In this document: piece after piece, positions 21,158-32,858 of the stretch
How the letters are laid out: each line of letters begins with the position of its first letter
How positions within the stretch are numbered: position 1 is the stretch's first letter
Source: Geopsychrobacteraceae bacterium
Lineage (GTDB): Bacteria; Desulfobacterota; Desulfuromonadia; Desulfuromonadales; Geopsychrobacteraceae
Direction of reading: 5' to 3'
Assembly: GCA_963662315.1 (NCBI GenBank)
Contig: OY759353.1
Span: forward strand, 1,792,001-1,856,000
Length of the DNA: 64,000 bases
The notes under the pieces: generated by a model
Databases searched by the model: none
Told to the model about the DNA's origin: nothing
The model's input: the letters and a program-made list of their open reading frames with translations, nothing else
Program-made: the position numbers and the translations under genes

Positions 21158-22192
21158 TTGTCTGCATCAAAACGTAATCCAACCATGGCTGACGTCGCCC
21201 GTTACGCTGGCGTTTCAGCCATGACTGTTTCACGTGCCCTCAAGGGAACCGGTCTGGTTACCGAAGATACCCATAAAAAGATCATGGAAGCGGTTGATGA
21301 ACTTGGCTATGTTCTTGATTTAACGGCCGGTTCACTATCATCTCAAAAATCCGGCTTTGTCTCGGTTCTGATTCCTTCGGTCAACAACTCCAACTTTTCA
21401 GAAACCCTGTTAGGGGTCACCGATGTCCTGGACAAGGCCGGTAAACAGGTTCTGCTCGGCTACACAGGCTACAGTCTGAAACGTGAAGAACAACTGATTG
21501 AAGCCATGCTGCAGCGTCGCCCCGAAGGTCTAATCTTAACTGGCGGTGAACACTCTGCCAGAGCCAGAAAAATTTTGGAAAACACGTCCATACCGGTCAT
21601 CGAAACCTGGGATCTGCCGCAAAAACCGATCAATCATGTGGTTGGGTTCTCCAATGCCGCAACCATTGAAGATATGGTCGCCCGTCTGGTATTCTGCGGC
21701 TATCGCAACATTGCCTATATCGGCGGAAACGAAAAAGGGGACTTCCGAGGCATTGCCCGGCGCCAGGGGTACGAACACGCTATCAAAGCCCTGGGCCTGC
21801 CCAAAGCTCATGTGGTATCGGTAGGAGATCCACCGATTTCCATTGAGCAGGGAGCGGCTGCAGTGGGACGCCTGATTGAAGAGTGGCCGGAAGTGGAAGC
21901 CGTCATCTGCGTTTCCGACCCGTCGGCCTTCGGCGCTATCATGGAATGCCACCGGCTTAATTTACCGGTTCCTCAGCGTCTGGCGGTCGCAGGCTTTGGT
22001 GATTTTGAAATTTCACGTTTCTGCTGGCCTTCGATTACCACGGTTTCGGTAAATTGCTATGAAATAGGCCAGAGCGCTGGAAATCTTATTCTTAAAGCGA
22101 TAGAAGCTAAGGATAATGGTGAGATCCTGCCGCCACAAACGATCCGGACGCCGCATTCGGTTATTGAGCGGGAGAGTACCAGGGCGCGCTAA
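21158..22192 (+). CDS. LacI family regulator (gluconate/idonate GntR-IdnR-like)
   Basis: TMADVARYAGVSAMTVSRAL HTH; ETWD, VGFSN and AGFGD motifs. Likely TTG start after GAGGA. Confidence 0.92.
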   Translation: MSASKRNPTMADVARYAGVSAMTVSRALKGTGLVTEDTHKKIMEAVDELGYVLDLTAGSLSSQKSGFVSVLIPSVNNSNFSETLLGVTDVLDKAGKQVLLGYTGYSLKREEQLIEAMLQRRPEGLILTGGEHSARARKILENTSIPVIETWDLPQKPINHVVGFSNAATIEDMVARLVFCGYRNIAYIGGNEKGDFRGIARRQGYEHAIKALGLPKAHVVSVGDPPISIEQGAAAVGRLIEEWPEVEAVICVSDPSAFGAIMECHRLNLPVPQRLAVAGFGDFEISRFCWPSITTVSVNCYEIGQSAGNLILKAIEAKDNGEILPPQTIRTPHSVIERESTRAR

Positions 22193-22392
22193 CGCTAACA
22201 GTAATGCCTGTTTCATCCAATACCATGCCGAAGGCATTTCCGGTTCTGGCCAATCAGGCGTGGTTTGGGCCGTCTGGCCGACCAGTCAGTTACTGAATGT
22301 CTCTTTGAAATAACGCCGCCCGAACACGGACATATTAAAAGAGCAGTTTTGGGTTACCTTTTATTGCTCTGGATAAAAGGTAACTCGCCTGC

Positions 22393-22618
22393 AGGGGCGA
22401 GACCCTGCGCCCCTTCTTGTGTCTGTTTCAATAAAATCATAAAACAAAAATATAACCGTGAGGTCGCGCCCTCACACTGCGCCATACTTTTTCCAGGGCA
22501 AAAAAGTATGCAAAATGCCCGGAAAAATCAAAATAACTGACGAGTATCTAGCAGACTACGGCTTGTTGTAGTCAAGAGAAATTGACCGGCGGCCCAAGGT
22601 GCTGCGCACCTTATGGGC
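22393..22618. repeat. Cluster of three short REP-like palindromes
   Basis: AGGGGCG..CGCCCCT (22393-22414), GTGAGG..CCTCAC (22458-22475), AAGGTGC..GCACCTT (within 22592-22618). Confidence 0.35.
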
Positions 22619-22679
22619 AAAAGGCAAATAGCCCGAAGCGAAACCCCGCTGTCTTGGCATTGACCTACGTTTACTAAAT

Positions 22680-22718
22680 AAAAAATCCCTACCCTCTAAC
22701 ACAGAGGATAGGGATTTT
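22680..22718. terminator. Intrinsic terminator
   Basis: AAAATCCCTA...TAGGGATTTT. Confidence 0.65.
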
Positions 22719-22732
22719 ATTCATATCAAATA

Positions 22733-23680
22733 TCAAACAACCGGAGTCGGCAACTCCTTGCCGGCAAAATGTGCCGCCAGGTTCTCATAAACCAACCGCC
22801 CCATCGCTTTGCGCGTTTCCACCGTGCCACTGGCATGATGCGGTTGCAGCAGCACATTGTCCAGCACCAGGAAACGCGGATCCAGGTTCGGCTCCCCCTC
22901 AAAAACATCGAGTGCAGCAAAACCAAGACTCTTGCTTTCCAGCGCATTCAGCAATTCCGCTTCATCAATGTTAGACGCCCGCGACACATTGATCAGCATC
23001 CCCTCCGGGCCAACCGCCGCAATGACCTCCTTATTGACAATATGCCGGGTCGCCGGGCCACCGGTCAGAGTGACGAACAAAAAGTCGGAACGCTGTGCCA
23101 GCGCAACCGGGTCCTGAATGTATTCCCACTCAGCGGCAAAGTCGCGCGGTGCCAGATCAGAATAAGCAATCTCCATATCAAACGCTGCACAGCGCTTGGC
23201 AACTTCATAGCCGATACGCCCCAACCCGAGGATACCTGCTTTTTTACCCGAGACCTGGTTTTGCAGCGGGTAGAGCCCCTGCTTCCCCCAGTTACCGGAA
23301 CGGACCCAGGATTCAGCGCCGATAATCCCGCGTGAACCAGCCAGCATCATGGCCAGCCCAAGATCCGCCACGTCTTTGGTCAGAACATCAGGGGTATTGG
23401 TAACCCGAATACCGCGCTCCCTGGCTGCGTCCAGATTAACCGCATCAAATCCGACGCCGTAGATCGAGATGACCTCAAGGTTGGGGAGAGCTTCAATCAA
23501 CTCGCGACTCGCACCAAGCTCACCACGGGTCGCGATCCCGCGGATTTTCTCTGCCCGTTCGGCAATGAACTGATTCTTATCCTCAGCTTCAAAATAAGCA
23601 TGCAGAGTAAAGTCCTGCTCCAGCAGCTCTATGTCCCATGACGGGTATGGACCCATCTGCAGAATATCGATCTTACTCAA
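22733..23680 (-). CDS. D-2-hydroxyacid dehydrogenase (glyoxylate / 2-ketogluconate reductase-like)
   Basis: GVGFD, TNTPDVLT, GLGRIG, NVSR, LDVFEGEP, PHHAS. TTG start with GGAGG RBS. Confidence 0.93.
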   Translation of the reverse strand: MSKIDILQMGPYPSWDIELLEQDFTLHAYFEAEDKNQFIAERAEKIRGIATRGELGASRELIEALPNLEVISIYGVGFDAVNLDAARERGIRVTNTPDVLTKDVADLGLAMMLAGSRGIIGAESWVRSGNWGKQGLYPLQNQVSGKKAGILGLGRIGYEVAKRCAAFDMEIAYSDLAPRDFAAEWEYIQDPVALAQRSDFLFVTLTGGPATRHIVNKEVIAAVGPEGMLINVSRASNIDEAELLNALESKSLGFAALDVFEGEPNLDPRFLVLDNVLLQPHHASGTVETRKAMGRLVYENLAAHFAGKELPTPVV

Positions 23681-23716
23681 AGAATCCTCCCTTATATACC
23701 GGTGTGTTGTTTAAAC

Positions 23717-23756
23717 TTGACAGTCACGACAATGACCCGTATTGTTATCGATAACA
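23717..23756 (+). promoter_or_regulatory. Sigma70 promoter overlapped by a perfect LacI-type operator
   Basis: TTGACA(23717)-17 bp-TATTGT(23740); perfect palindrome TGTTATCGATAACA at 23743-23756. Confidence 0.8.
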
Positions 23757-23849
23757 TTTACTTTTGCAAGCACAAAATTTTGCTATACGTTTCACGAAAT
23801 ATCATCACTTTCTGAAGGAATAACAAAAAAACGCCGAAGGAGAAAAATT

Positions 23850-24740
23850 ATGACAATAAAAGCGAATCGTGTCGCCGTTATCGGTGTCGGTATTATGGGC
23901 ACCGCCATCACGACGCGTCTGCTGGAGTGCAACCAGCAAGTTCATGTTTTTGATCTTGATCTGCAAAAGGTCGCGGCCATGGTTGAACGCGGTGCGCTTG
24001 CCGCCGCCTCTCCCTGCGCTGCCGCGGCGCAAAGTGATTACGTTATTCTGTCTCTGAACAATGCCAATATCGTCAAGGCTGCGGTCTTTGGTCCTGAAGG
24101 AGTTGCCGAGGCGGCAACAGCAGATAAAACCCTCATCGATATGTCATCCATCGATCCCGAATCGACCAAAGAAATGGCGGCCAAACTGCTTGCCGATTAT
24201 GCCATGCCATGGGTCGACTGTCCCTTATCCGGTGGGGCTCCAGGTGCCCTGGGCGGCAAATTGGCGGTCATGGCGGGTGGACGTGAAGAGGATTTTGAAA
24301 AAGCGCGCGAAGTCATGCAGCATCTATGCGCCAATTACACTCTGATGGGGCCATCCGGAGCCGGGCAGGCGACCAAGCTGGTCAATCAGGTCCTGTGTGC
24401 CGTAGGTTTCCAGGCGATTGCCGAAGCAACCCAGCTGGCGTTAAAGGGTGGTGTCAATGTTGAGATGATTCCGGCCGCCATTGCCGGTGGCCGTGCTGAT
24501 TCACGCCTGCTTCAGGAGTTCATGGCAAAAATGGGGCGTCATGATTATTCGCCTACCGGGCGTCTGGACAATATGCTGAAAGATATGGAAGCTGTTCAGG
24601 CCTTTGCGGCCAAGAATCGCGTTGCGATGCCGCTGACCAGCCTGACAACTGAAATTCATCGACTGTTTGTTGCTGCGGGTAAAGGCGGCGATGACAATGC
24701 AGCCCTGATGAAGCTGTTTAATGGCCCCGCGGAGGAATAA
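23850..24740 (+). CDS. NAD(P)-dependent beta-hydroxyacid dehydrogenase
   Basis: GVGIMG, DMSS, DCPLSGG, GAGQATKLVNQ, KD; AGGAG RBS before 23850. Confidence 0.9.
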   Translation: MTIKANRVAVIGVGIMGTAITTRLLECNQQVHVFDLDLQKVAAMVERGALAAASPCAAAAQSDYVILSLNNANIVKAAVFGPEGVAEAATADKTLIDMSSIDPESTKEMAAKLLADYAMPWVDCPLSGGAPGALGGKLAVMAGGREEDFEKAREVMQHLCANYTLMGPSGAGQATKLVNQVLCAVGFQAIAEATQLALKGGVNVEMIPAAIAGGRADSRLLQEFMAKMGRHDYSPTGRLDNMLKDMEAVQAFAAKNRVAMPLTSLTTEIHRLFVAAGKGGDDNAALMKLFNGPAEE

Positions 24741-25061
24741 ATGTACACACGCAGTGCTATTTTTGAAGGAACAATTCGCCCGGGCAAGGAAGCTGAATTT
24801 TTCGATATCATCGAGAATAAGTTACTCCCGATCTGGCGCCGCATGCCCCATGTCATGGAGGTTCGCCTGTTCCGGCCTGAAGAAAAGGAAGATGCCGCCC
24901 CGGGAGTGGTCCTGGTACAACAGATTGATTATCCGAGCAGAGAAGCCATCGATGAAGCGCTAAGCTCTCCGATCAGGGAAGAGGCCGTAGAGGCATCAAA
25001 GCCGCTGGCAGACCTTTTCGACGGAAAGCATTATCATTATATTTACAAAAAACTGGCCTGA
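24741..25061 (+). CDS. EthD-like / dimeric alpha-beta barrel small protein
   Basis: YPSREAIDEALSSPIR motif; starts immediately after the upstream stop codon. Confidence 0.7.
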   Translation: MYTRSAIFEGTIRPGKEAEFFDIIENKLLPIWRRMPHVMEVRLFRPEEKEDAAPGVVLVQQIDYPSREAIDEALSSPIREEAVEASKPLADLFDGKHYHYIYKKLA

Positions 25062-25073
25062 GTTTAAAGGTCG

Positions 25074-25112
25074 AAGCAGAGAACCTCCTCGGCGAAGGAG
25101 GTTCTCTGCTTT
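25074..25112 (+). terminator. Intrinsic terminator
   Basis: Perfect 16 bp stem AAGCAGAGAACCTCCT / AGGAGGTTCTCTGCTT. Confidence 0.75.
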
Positions 25113-25403
25113 CAGTCAATGTTTAAAGTATTGGCCCTGTATTCATAAAACTAGCTCGCAGACTACGCGACTCATCTATTTGTTATTCCTATCAAAACAT
25201 CATTCCACATTGACAAACAATATGTATTTATGGGACCTTCCTAATCAACATACGCCATTCGTTCATTATATTGCAGGATTTTACAGTCAAGGTTTATTTT
25301 TTATAGCATTCATGACCCCTCTTTATTTTTTGTCTGTTAACCAGAACCGGCTGGCAGGCATTACGTTTTCATTGACCAAACGTACGACTAAGGAGAGTTC
25401 CAT

Positions 25404-27614
25404 ATGTCTATTCGTATCAAATTAATCCTACCAATAGCCCTTCTGGTCGTCATTTTCGGCGCAATCGTCGTCATCGCAACAAACTACACAGTGACAGGTC
25501 TGGTCAATGACCATGAACAGACGCTTATCCGTTACGCACACGAAGCAGTCGCCACTGAAGCCACTTCACGAAAAGATTCAATCTATGACAGTATTGATCA
25601 ACTCGGCAAGGTTGCCCTGGAACAGGCAGCGCTGTTTTCACAGTTGCCCGCCGTCCAGGAAGCCTACGCCGTTGCCTTAAGCGGCGATATCAACAACGAA
25701 GCAGATCCCCAGGCGCAAAAAGGGCGTGACATGTTACGGACAGCTCTGAAACCGTTTGTGGCCGGATATAAAAAACAAACTGGGCAGGACGCGTTCACCA
25801 TTCACTTCCATTTACCGAATTCACGCAGCTTAAGCCGTATCTGGCGGGACGGTTGGCAGACCAAGCGGGACGGCAAGAAGCTCGATATTTCTGACGATCT
25901 GACCTCTTTCCGCAAAACCGTTGTCACTATCAATCAGGGCAACCATGCGCCATTGAAGGGGATAGAAATTGGTCGGGGCGGGTTTGCTTTACGGGGTTTA
26001 TCAGCAATCAGTGGACCGGATCAAAAACATATTGGCTCATGCGAAGTGCTGGTCTCCTTCGCCCAGGTGCTGAAATCGAACCATGTTAATAATAATTACC
26101 AGATAGCCGTCTACATGACAGCCGACATGCTACCAATTGCCACCAGCCTGCAGGATCCGGCGAAAAACCCGGTCATCGGTGGCAAATATGTCTTCACCTC
26201 ATCAACCAAAAAGGAAGTAACCGATCAATTCATCACCATCGACCTGCTCGACAAGGGGCGCGAGAAAGAATATCAGCAACGTGTTGGCGATAAGTTTATT
26301 TCGACGTTTCCTGTGGTTGACTTTTCCGGCGATCTGGTCGGAGTTATGGCTCTGGTGTACGACATGTCGAAGGTCGGAACTCTTAGCGAAAGAATTCACC
26401 AAGCTGGACTCATGACAACCAGTCAGATCAATTGGCGCTTTGGCGGTGGTTCGCTGGCACTGATCGTCATTATCATCATCACAATTTCCCTGGTGACCAG
26501 GGCGATCATGAGACCTCTGCAAGCAGCCGTTTCTGCGGCTAAGCAGGTTGCGAATGGTGATCTCAGTGCCACACTTGGGTACAATAATAAAGATGAAGTT
26601 GGCTCCCTGTCCAGCGCTATAAACAGCTTGATTAGTAGCTTGCGCCAAAAAGCGGACGAAGCCGAAATGATTGCCACCGGCCATCTGGCCTTCTCGGCAT
26701 CCCGCTTATCTGAAGCTGATGCCATGGGACAAGCGTTTGTTTCCATGGTCGATAACCTGAATGACGTTCTTGGCGAGGTTCAGAAGGCTTCGGACCAGAT
26801 TGACGCAGGCAGCCAACAGGTGTCGGACATGGCCCAGGCCTTATCACAAAGCGCTACGGAATCGGCAGCATCTCTTCAAGAAATCAGCAGTTCTATAAAC
26901 GAAGTGGAAAGCCAGGTTAAGGGAAGCGCATCCAATGCCGAGCACGCCAACACTTTGGCCCAACAAGCCCAGGATGCGGCCCAGGTCGGCAGTCAACGCA
27001 TGACCGCCATGATCAAGGCCATGAATGAAATCAATGAAGCCGGTCAGGACATCAATAAGATTATCAAGGTTATTGATGAGATCGCATTCCAGACTAACCT
27101 GCTGGCCTTGAATGCCGCTGTTGAGGCTGCGCGCGCCGGTCAGCATGGTAAGGGGTTCGCTGTTGTTGCTGAAGAAGTGCGCAATCTTGCAGCCCGGAGT
27201 GCCAAAGCCGCCGATGAGACAGCCCAACTGATTGAGGGATCTGTTGGCAAAGCAGCGCATGGAACGGAGATAGCCAGTAGCACGGCAGAGTCTCTTAATG
27301 AAATCGTAGAATACATTACCAAGGTAACATCCTTGGCCGGAGAAATTGCGCTAGCCAGTCAGCAACAGGCTCATGGTATCAGCCAGATTAACCAGGGGTT
27401 GACCCATATCGATCAAGCGGTTCAGCAAAATACCGCGACCGCAGAAGAATCAGCGGCAGCCTCAGAAGAGCTGGCCAGCCAAGCGGCCTACCTCAAACGC
27501 ATGCTGACTCGGTTTGAGTTAAAACAAGACGTCCATGCCGATCAGTTTACACCCGCAAAACAAGTAGGCTATAAAACAGATACCACGCTCTCTACTTGGG
27601 GAGAGAAAAACTGA
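25404..27614 (+). CDS. Methyl-accepting chemotaxis protein
   Basis: 2 TM segments, large periplasmic domain, [38 protein letters not shown]. Confidence 0.96.
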   Translation: MSIRIKLILPIALLVVIFGAIVVIATNYTVTGLVNDHEQTLIRYAHEAVATEATSRKDSIYDSIDQLGKVALEQAALFSQLPAVQEAYAVALSGDINNEADPQAQKGRDMLRTALKPFVAGYKKQTGQDAFTIHFHLPNSRSLSRIWRDGWQTKRDGKKLDISDDLTSFRKTVVTINQGNHAPLKGIEIGRGGFALRGLSAISGPDQKHIGSCEVLVSFAQVLKSNHVNNNYQIAVYMTADMLPIATSLQDPAKNPVIGGKYVFTSSTKKEVTDQFITIDLLDKGREKEYQQRVGDKFISTFPVVDFSGDLVGVMALVYDMSKVGTLSERIHQAGLMTTSQINWRFGGGSLALIVIIIITISLVTRAIMRPLQAAVSAAKQVANGDLSATLGYNNKDEVGSLSSAINSLISSLRQKADEAEMIATGHLAFSASRLSEADAMGQAFVSMVDNLNDVLGEVQKASDQIDAGSQQVSDMAQALSQSATESAASLQEISSSINEVESQVKGSASNAEHANTLAQQAQDAAQVGSQRMTAMIKAMNEINEAGQDINKIIKVIDEIAFQTNLLALNAAVEAARAGQHGKGFAVVAEEVRNLAARSAKAADETAQLIEGSVGKAAHGTEIASSTAESLNEIVEYITKVTSLAGEIALASQQQAHGISQINQGLTHIDQAVQQNTATAEESAAASEELASQAAYLKRMLTRFELKQDVHADQFTPAKQVGYKTDTTLSTWGEKN

Positions 27615-27629
27615 ACTTCTGCCACGACA

Positions 27630-27670
27630 AACACCACCGCCCCAGCCGTATAAAAAAGAGCGGTGGTGTT
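27630..27670. terminator. Stem-loop between convergent genes
   Basis: AACACCACCGC...GCGGTGGTGTT. Confidence 0.5.
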
Positions 27671-27702
27671 ATAGCTCTGGCAACCAGCAAAAGCTAAGGC
27701 GG

Positions 27703-28503
27703 TCACGACTTAATAAAAATTTTGCGGTTAAGGATACCACAGGCATTAAAATTTTTAAGCAGCGTCAAGTACATAGCCAGGACTACACTTAGGGCCGTGC
27801 CACAGAAAATGGCAATCATGATTGCAATCTGATACTTGATAGCCGACATCGGGTTACCACCGCCCAGGATAACCCCGGTCATCATACCCGGTAGTGCCAC
27901 CAACCCGACCGTTGCCATGGTGGCTACGGTCGGCGCCAAAGCAGCCTGGCAGGCATCACGCATATAAGGCCGCACTGCCTCTTTAAGACTGGCGCCCTGC
28001 CCCAGCGTCAACAGGTAAGCCCGTTCATGCTTACGCAATGCTTCATAAAAAGAACGTAAACCGACAATCACGGCACGCAGACAGTTGCCGAGAATCATGC
28101 CACAGATCGGGATAACATATTGCGCCTCATGGGCCGAAGTCCCTGACAGCACCACATACATAAAAAAGGCCAGGGGAATAAGGGTACCTCCGAGCATGGC
28201 AATAAAGACCTCGATGCCGAGACTTTTGAACCGCAGCCCGCAGCCTCGGGCAATGGATACGTCCGCGACAATAATCATGATCATGATCCAGGCGGCAGTG
28301 ACCCAGATATTGTTAAGATCAAAAACAAATTGCAGGTAAAAACCAACAAACAGCAGCTGTACAGTCATACGCGCTACGGAAATTAACGTTTCGCTAAACA
28401 TGGGAATGCGTAACAAAAGAATAACCGCCAGGGGGATAATCAACAGCAGATAAACTGCCGCCAGTTGCCAGGTTCCAATATCAACCGAACTCACTGTACT
28501 CAT
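27703..28503 (-). CDS. fetB: ABC transporter permease, FetB/YbbM (UPF0014) type
   Basis: RMTVQL, IPICGMILGN, GLVALPGMMTGVILGG..P..A.KYQ. Confidence 0.85.
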   Translation of the reverse strand: MSTVSSVDIGTWQLAAVYLLLIIPLAVILLLRIPMFSETLISVARMTVQLLFVGFYLQFVFDLNNIWVTAAWIMIMIIVADVSIARGCGLRFKSLGIEVFIAMLGGTLIPLAFFMYVVLSGTSAHEAQYVIPICGMILGNCLRAVIVGLRSFYEALRKHERAYLLTLGQGASLKEAVRPYMRDACQAALAPTVATMATVGLVALPGMMTGVILGGGNPMSAIKYQIAIMIAIFCGTALSVVLAMYLTLLKNFNACGILNRKIFIKS

Positions 28504-29144
28504 CCTTTCTGCAAATCAGTCAGGTCGACTGTGCGGTCTGAAATCGCCAGCCACTCCTGATCATGGGATACCGAGAGCACCGTCAACTGAGGCTGATCAT
28601 TCAGTACATCGATGACGGCCTGTTTCGAATCGGGATCAAGAGCCGATGAGGCTTCATCAAGCACCATGATCTCCCGATCCAGCAGCAGTGCCATCATCAT
28701 TGCAACACGCTGCTTTTCCCCTCCGGACAACTCGGAGATATCCTCCCGCAGCAGCTTGTCCGGCAGCAAAAGGCGCTCCATCAATTCCGGAATCCGGGTC
28801 AGATTCTTTTGTAACTTGTGATTATTGGTAAAGGAGAAAGGCGTTTCCAGAACCTGTTGCACACATCCGCCTGACAGTTCAGGTTCCTGCGGCACATATG
28901 CCATACGGGTGCGTAATTTCCAGATTGACTTTGGGGATAATTGCTCTGAAAAAATTTTGATGGTTCCGGTGCTCGGCGTCACAAAACCAAGAAGACAGCG
29001 TAATAAAGTCGATTTACCACTCCCGGAACGCCCAACCAGCGAGACCTTTTGCTGCGCTGAGATAGAAAGATTGAGCCCTGAAAATATTGTCTGTCCTTCC
29101 ATGACGACAGCCAGATCGCTAAATTCAATTGCAGTTTGTGGCAC
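28500..29144 (-). CDS. fetA: ABC transporter ATP-binding protein, FetA/YbbL type
   Basis: GRSGSGKST, LSGGEKQR, LDEASSALD, SHD. Confidence 0.85.
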   Translation of the reverse strand: MPQTAIEFSDLAVVMEGQTIFSGLNLSISAQQKVSLVGRSGSGKSTLLRCLLGFVTPSTGTIKIFSEQLSPKSIWKLRTRMAYVPQEPELSGGCVQQVLETPFSFTNNHKLQKNLTRIPELMERLLLPDKLLREDISELSGGEKQRVAMMMALLLDREIMVLDEASSALDPDSKQAVIDVLNDQPQLTVLSVSHDQEWLAISDRTVDLTDLQKG

Positions 29145-29429
29145 ATGAACTCCCTTTTGACGAAGTTAAGACAAAATTTATGACAATTACATTATTTGAG
29201 GATAACACACGGACTATCTTCCTGGGTAAATGATGACCTCATATCGCCACAAGTTTTCAAAATTACCCTTTACTGTTGCTAACTTTCTTGCCCTAGAAAA
29301 GGGCTCTGAAGGATCAGTCGTAGCGGGGGAATTACTGTTTGAACACAACAACGCGGGAGGGTTGATGGTCACGAGAAAGCATCAAGCCTGAGAATGAGCA
29401 GAATTTTTAAAAGATGGTTATGTAAGACG

Positions 29430-29819
29430 CTAGATTTCTTCATCAGGACATGCAAACAGTTGCAGAATTTCACGTACGTAGGCACATTCACACGCAACCG
29501 GACACGGTGACAAATCATTCCTGTGCAGACATAAACCAGGGCACTCCTCACTCCCAGTTTTGCACCCTTCCAAAATAGGGCCACCATACAGATCTGACAA
29601 GTCGGAAACATTGAGCAGTATTTTGGCTCCACACTGATGCTCAAATTCAAAATGACCGTTTTCAGGATTGTTAAAATTGGCCAGATAACCCGTCAGAGTT
29701 ACATTCGCATCGGTCAGAAAATCGTTTCTGCATAACCACCTTGCTGTGCAGTTGCTACAAACCTTAAAGCTGTCTGAAACACCGGGAGAGTGGCTGGAAT
29801 GCTCTATGTGATTCGACAC
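29430..29819 (-). CDS. Cys-rich hypothetical protein
   Basis: GTG start after AGAGGAGG; CSNC...HQC...CPGLC...CPVACEC. Confidence 0.7.
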   Translation of the reverse strand: MSNHIEHSSHSPGVSDSFKVCSNCTARWLCRNDFLTDANVTLTGYLANFNNPENGHFEFEHQCGAKILLNVSDLSDLYGGPILEGCKTGSEECPGLCLHRNDLSPCPVACECAYVREILQLFACPDEEI

Positions 29820-29964
29820 AATGAGTCCTCCTCTTCTGAAGAAAAGCAGCAGAGCAAACATATGTTTTTTTCATAATCATAAAGATGCGATCTCTTTTGC
29901 AGACAAAAAAATATTGTACCCCTAGACCGGCTTCACGTCACTAGTGGAAGCGTAAAACACAGAT

Positions 29965-29994
29965 AAAAAAAGCCGGTCAGATGAGTGACCGGCT
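29965..29994 (-). terminator. Intrinsic terminator downstream of gap
   Basis: AGCCGGTCA...TGACCGGCT with an A-run. Confidence 0.65.
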
Positions 29995-30103
29995 CACGAG
30001 GGGCAGAAGGTAGTTGCGCCTCTTTGAAACGTATTTTGGTTTTCATTGTTGCCAGATCAAGGTACAGATTCGGCAACAATAACTTTTCCTGGCCTGATTG
30101 CTA

Positions 30104-31356
<1,253 letters not shown>

Positions 31357-31386
31357 ACCGAACCTCAAAATGAATAAAACGGCAAA

Positions 31387-32841
31387 TTACCTTTCACCAA
31401 TCTCACAAGCTTTCATCAAATCCCCCAGTTGGTGAACTTTAAGCAGATTCGTCGTTCCAGATCCGGCAATCGGACTCCCCATGGTGATAACAACAATATC
31501 CCCTGGAGCTAAAGCTTCAGCCGCCAGAACCGTTCCGGCGACACATTCGATCTGGGTTTCCGTATTGCCCTGGATATCAACTTCAAGGGACTGAACCCCC
31601 GAATAGAGTGCCAATTGCCGAGCGACCACCGTGGAGGGAGTTACGGCAATAATCGGTACCCCCGGGCGATATTTGGCAACCAGGGCTGCTGTACTGCCAG
31701 TTTTGGTAAAAGCAACGATCGCCTTAGCACCAACCAGATCAGAAATGCGTGAGGCGGTTTGCCCAATTGCTTCGGAAATATCAATATGTTCAGAGTCTTT
31801 CTGTTGCAGGTTACGCTGTTTTTTCGCCAGAGCAACAGACGCAGCGACATCACCGGCAACCCGCCTCATCAATGAAACCGCTTCAACCGGATATTTTCCT
31901 GCTGCGGTCTCAGCCGATAGCATGACCGCATCGGTGCCATCAAGAATGGCATTGGCAACGTCAGAGGTTTCCGCACGGGTTGGACGCGGATTATTGATCA
32001 TACTTTCAAGCATCTGTGTCGCGGTAATAACCGGTTTTCCGGCCAGATTGCACTTACGAATGATATCCTTCTGAATCAACGGTACTTTTTCCGGGCGAAT
32101 CTCAACGCCAAGATCGCCACGTGCCACCATGACCCCATCGGTCACTTCAAGAATCGCGTCAAAATCGGCAACAGCTTCGGGCTTTTCGATCTTAGAGATC
32201 ACTTTGATCTGGGAATTGGCGGCAATAAGGCGCTGTTTGAGATCAAGAACATCATCCGCACTACGAACAAAGCTTAATGCCAGGTAATCGACCTCCTGCC
32301 GAATGCAGAAAGCGAGATCCTGCAAATCTTTTTCCGTCAAAGATGGTGCCGATACTTTGGTCCCCGGCAGGTTTATCCCCTTACGATCTTTGAGGAACCC
32401 GCCAAACTTGACACGGCAACGAACATCGGTATCATCAGTTTCCAGAACCTCGAGTTCCATCAACCCGTCATCAAGCAGAATCTGGTTCCCCGGGCGCACG
32501 TCCCGGGGAAGGTTTTCATAAACAGTTGGAATTATGCCTGTTCCGCCGTCAACCTGACGTGAAGTTACGGTCACTTCATCCCCAGGGGTCAGCTCGATAC
32601 CACCATCTTTAAACACACCGACGCGAATCTTGGGGCCTTGCAGGTCACCCAGAATGGCAACTGGTCGTGAAAAACCGGCAGCGATAGTACGAATACGCCC
32701 GATCAGTTTCGCCTTGTCGTCAAGGTCGCCATGGGAAAAATTCAACCGAAAGACAGAAACTCCGGCGGTAATGAGTTTGTGCAGCATCTCTTCGCCGGAA
32801 GAAGCCGGCCCCAGGGTCGCAACGATTTTAGTGTTCAGCAT
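31387..32841 (-). CDS. pyk: Pyruvate kinase
   Basis: TKIVATLGP, RLNFSHG, DLQGPKIR, MVARGDLG, PTRAE. Confidence 0.98.
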   Translation of the reverse strand: MLNTKIVATLGPASSGEEMLHKLITAGVSVFRLNFSHGDLDDKAKLIGRIRTIAAGFSRPVAILGDLQGPKIRVGVFKDGGIELTPGDEVTVTSRQVDGGTGIIPTVYENLPRDVRPGNQILLDDGLMELEVLETDDTDVRCRVKFGGFLKDRKGINLPGTKVSAPSLTEKDLQDLAFCIRQEVDYLALSFVRSADDVLDLKQRLIAANSQIKVISKIEKPEAVADFDAILEVTDGVMVARGDLGVEIRPEKVPLIQKDIIRKCNLAGKPVITATQMLESMINNPRPTRAETSDVANAILDGTDAVMLSAETAAGKYPVEAVSLMRRVAGDVAASVALAKKQRNLQQKDSEHIDISEAIGQTASRISDLVGAKAIVAFTKTGSTAALVAKYRPGVPIIAVTPSTVVARQLALYSGVQSLEVDIQGNTETQIECVAGTVLAAEALAPGDIVVITMGSPIAGSGTTNLLKVHQLGDLMKACEIGER

Positions 32842-32858
32842 AATTCCTTGTCTTCCTG

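Noticed and set aside
22615..22665. GGCAAA...GCGAAA resembling a GEMM-I (c-di-GMP/cGAMP) riboswitch
   Set aside because: It lacks the paired GAAA hairpin and GACGCAAA, and it is not upstream of a gene on that strand
22551..25167. 10 bp direct repeat GCAGACTACG (22551 and 25158) flanking the dehydrogenase pair, as a possible target-site duplication
   Set aside because: Exact 10-mer repeats are common by chance in 64 kb, and there is no transposase or terminal repeat
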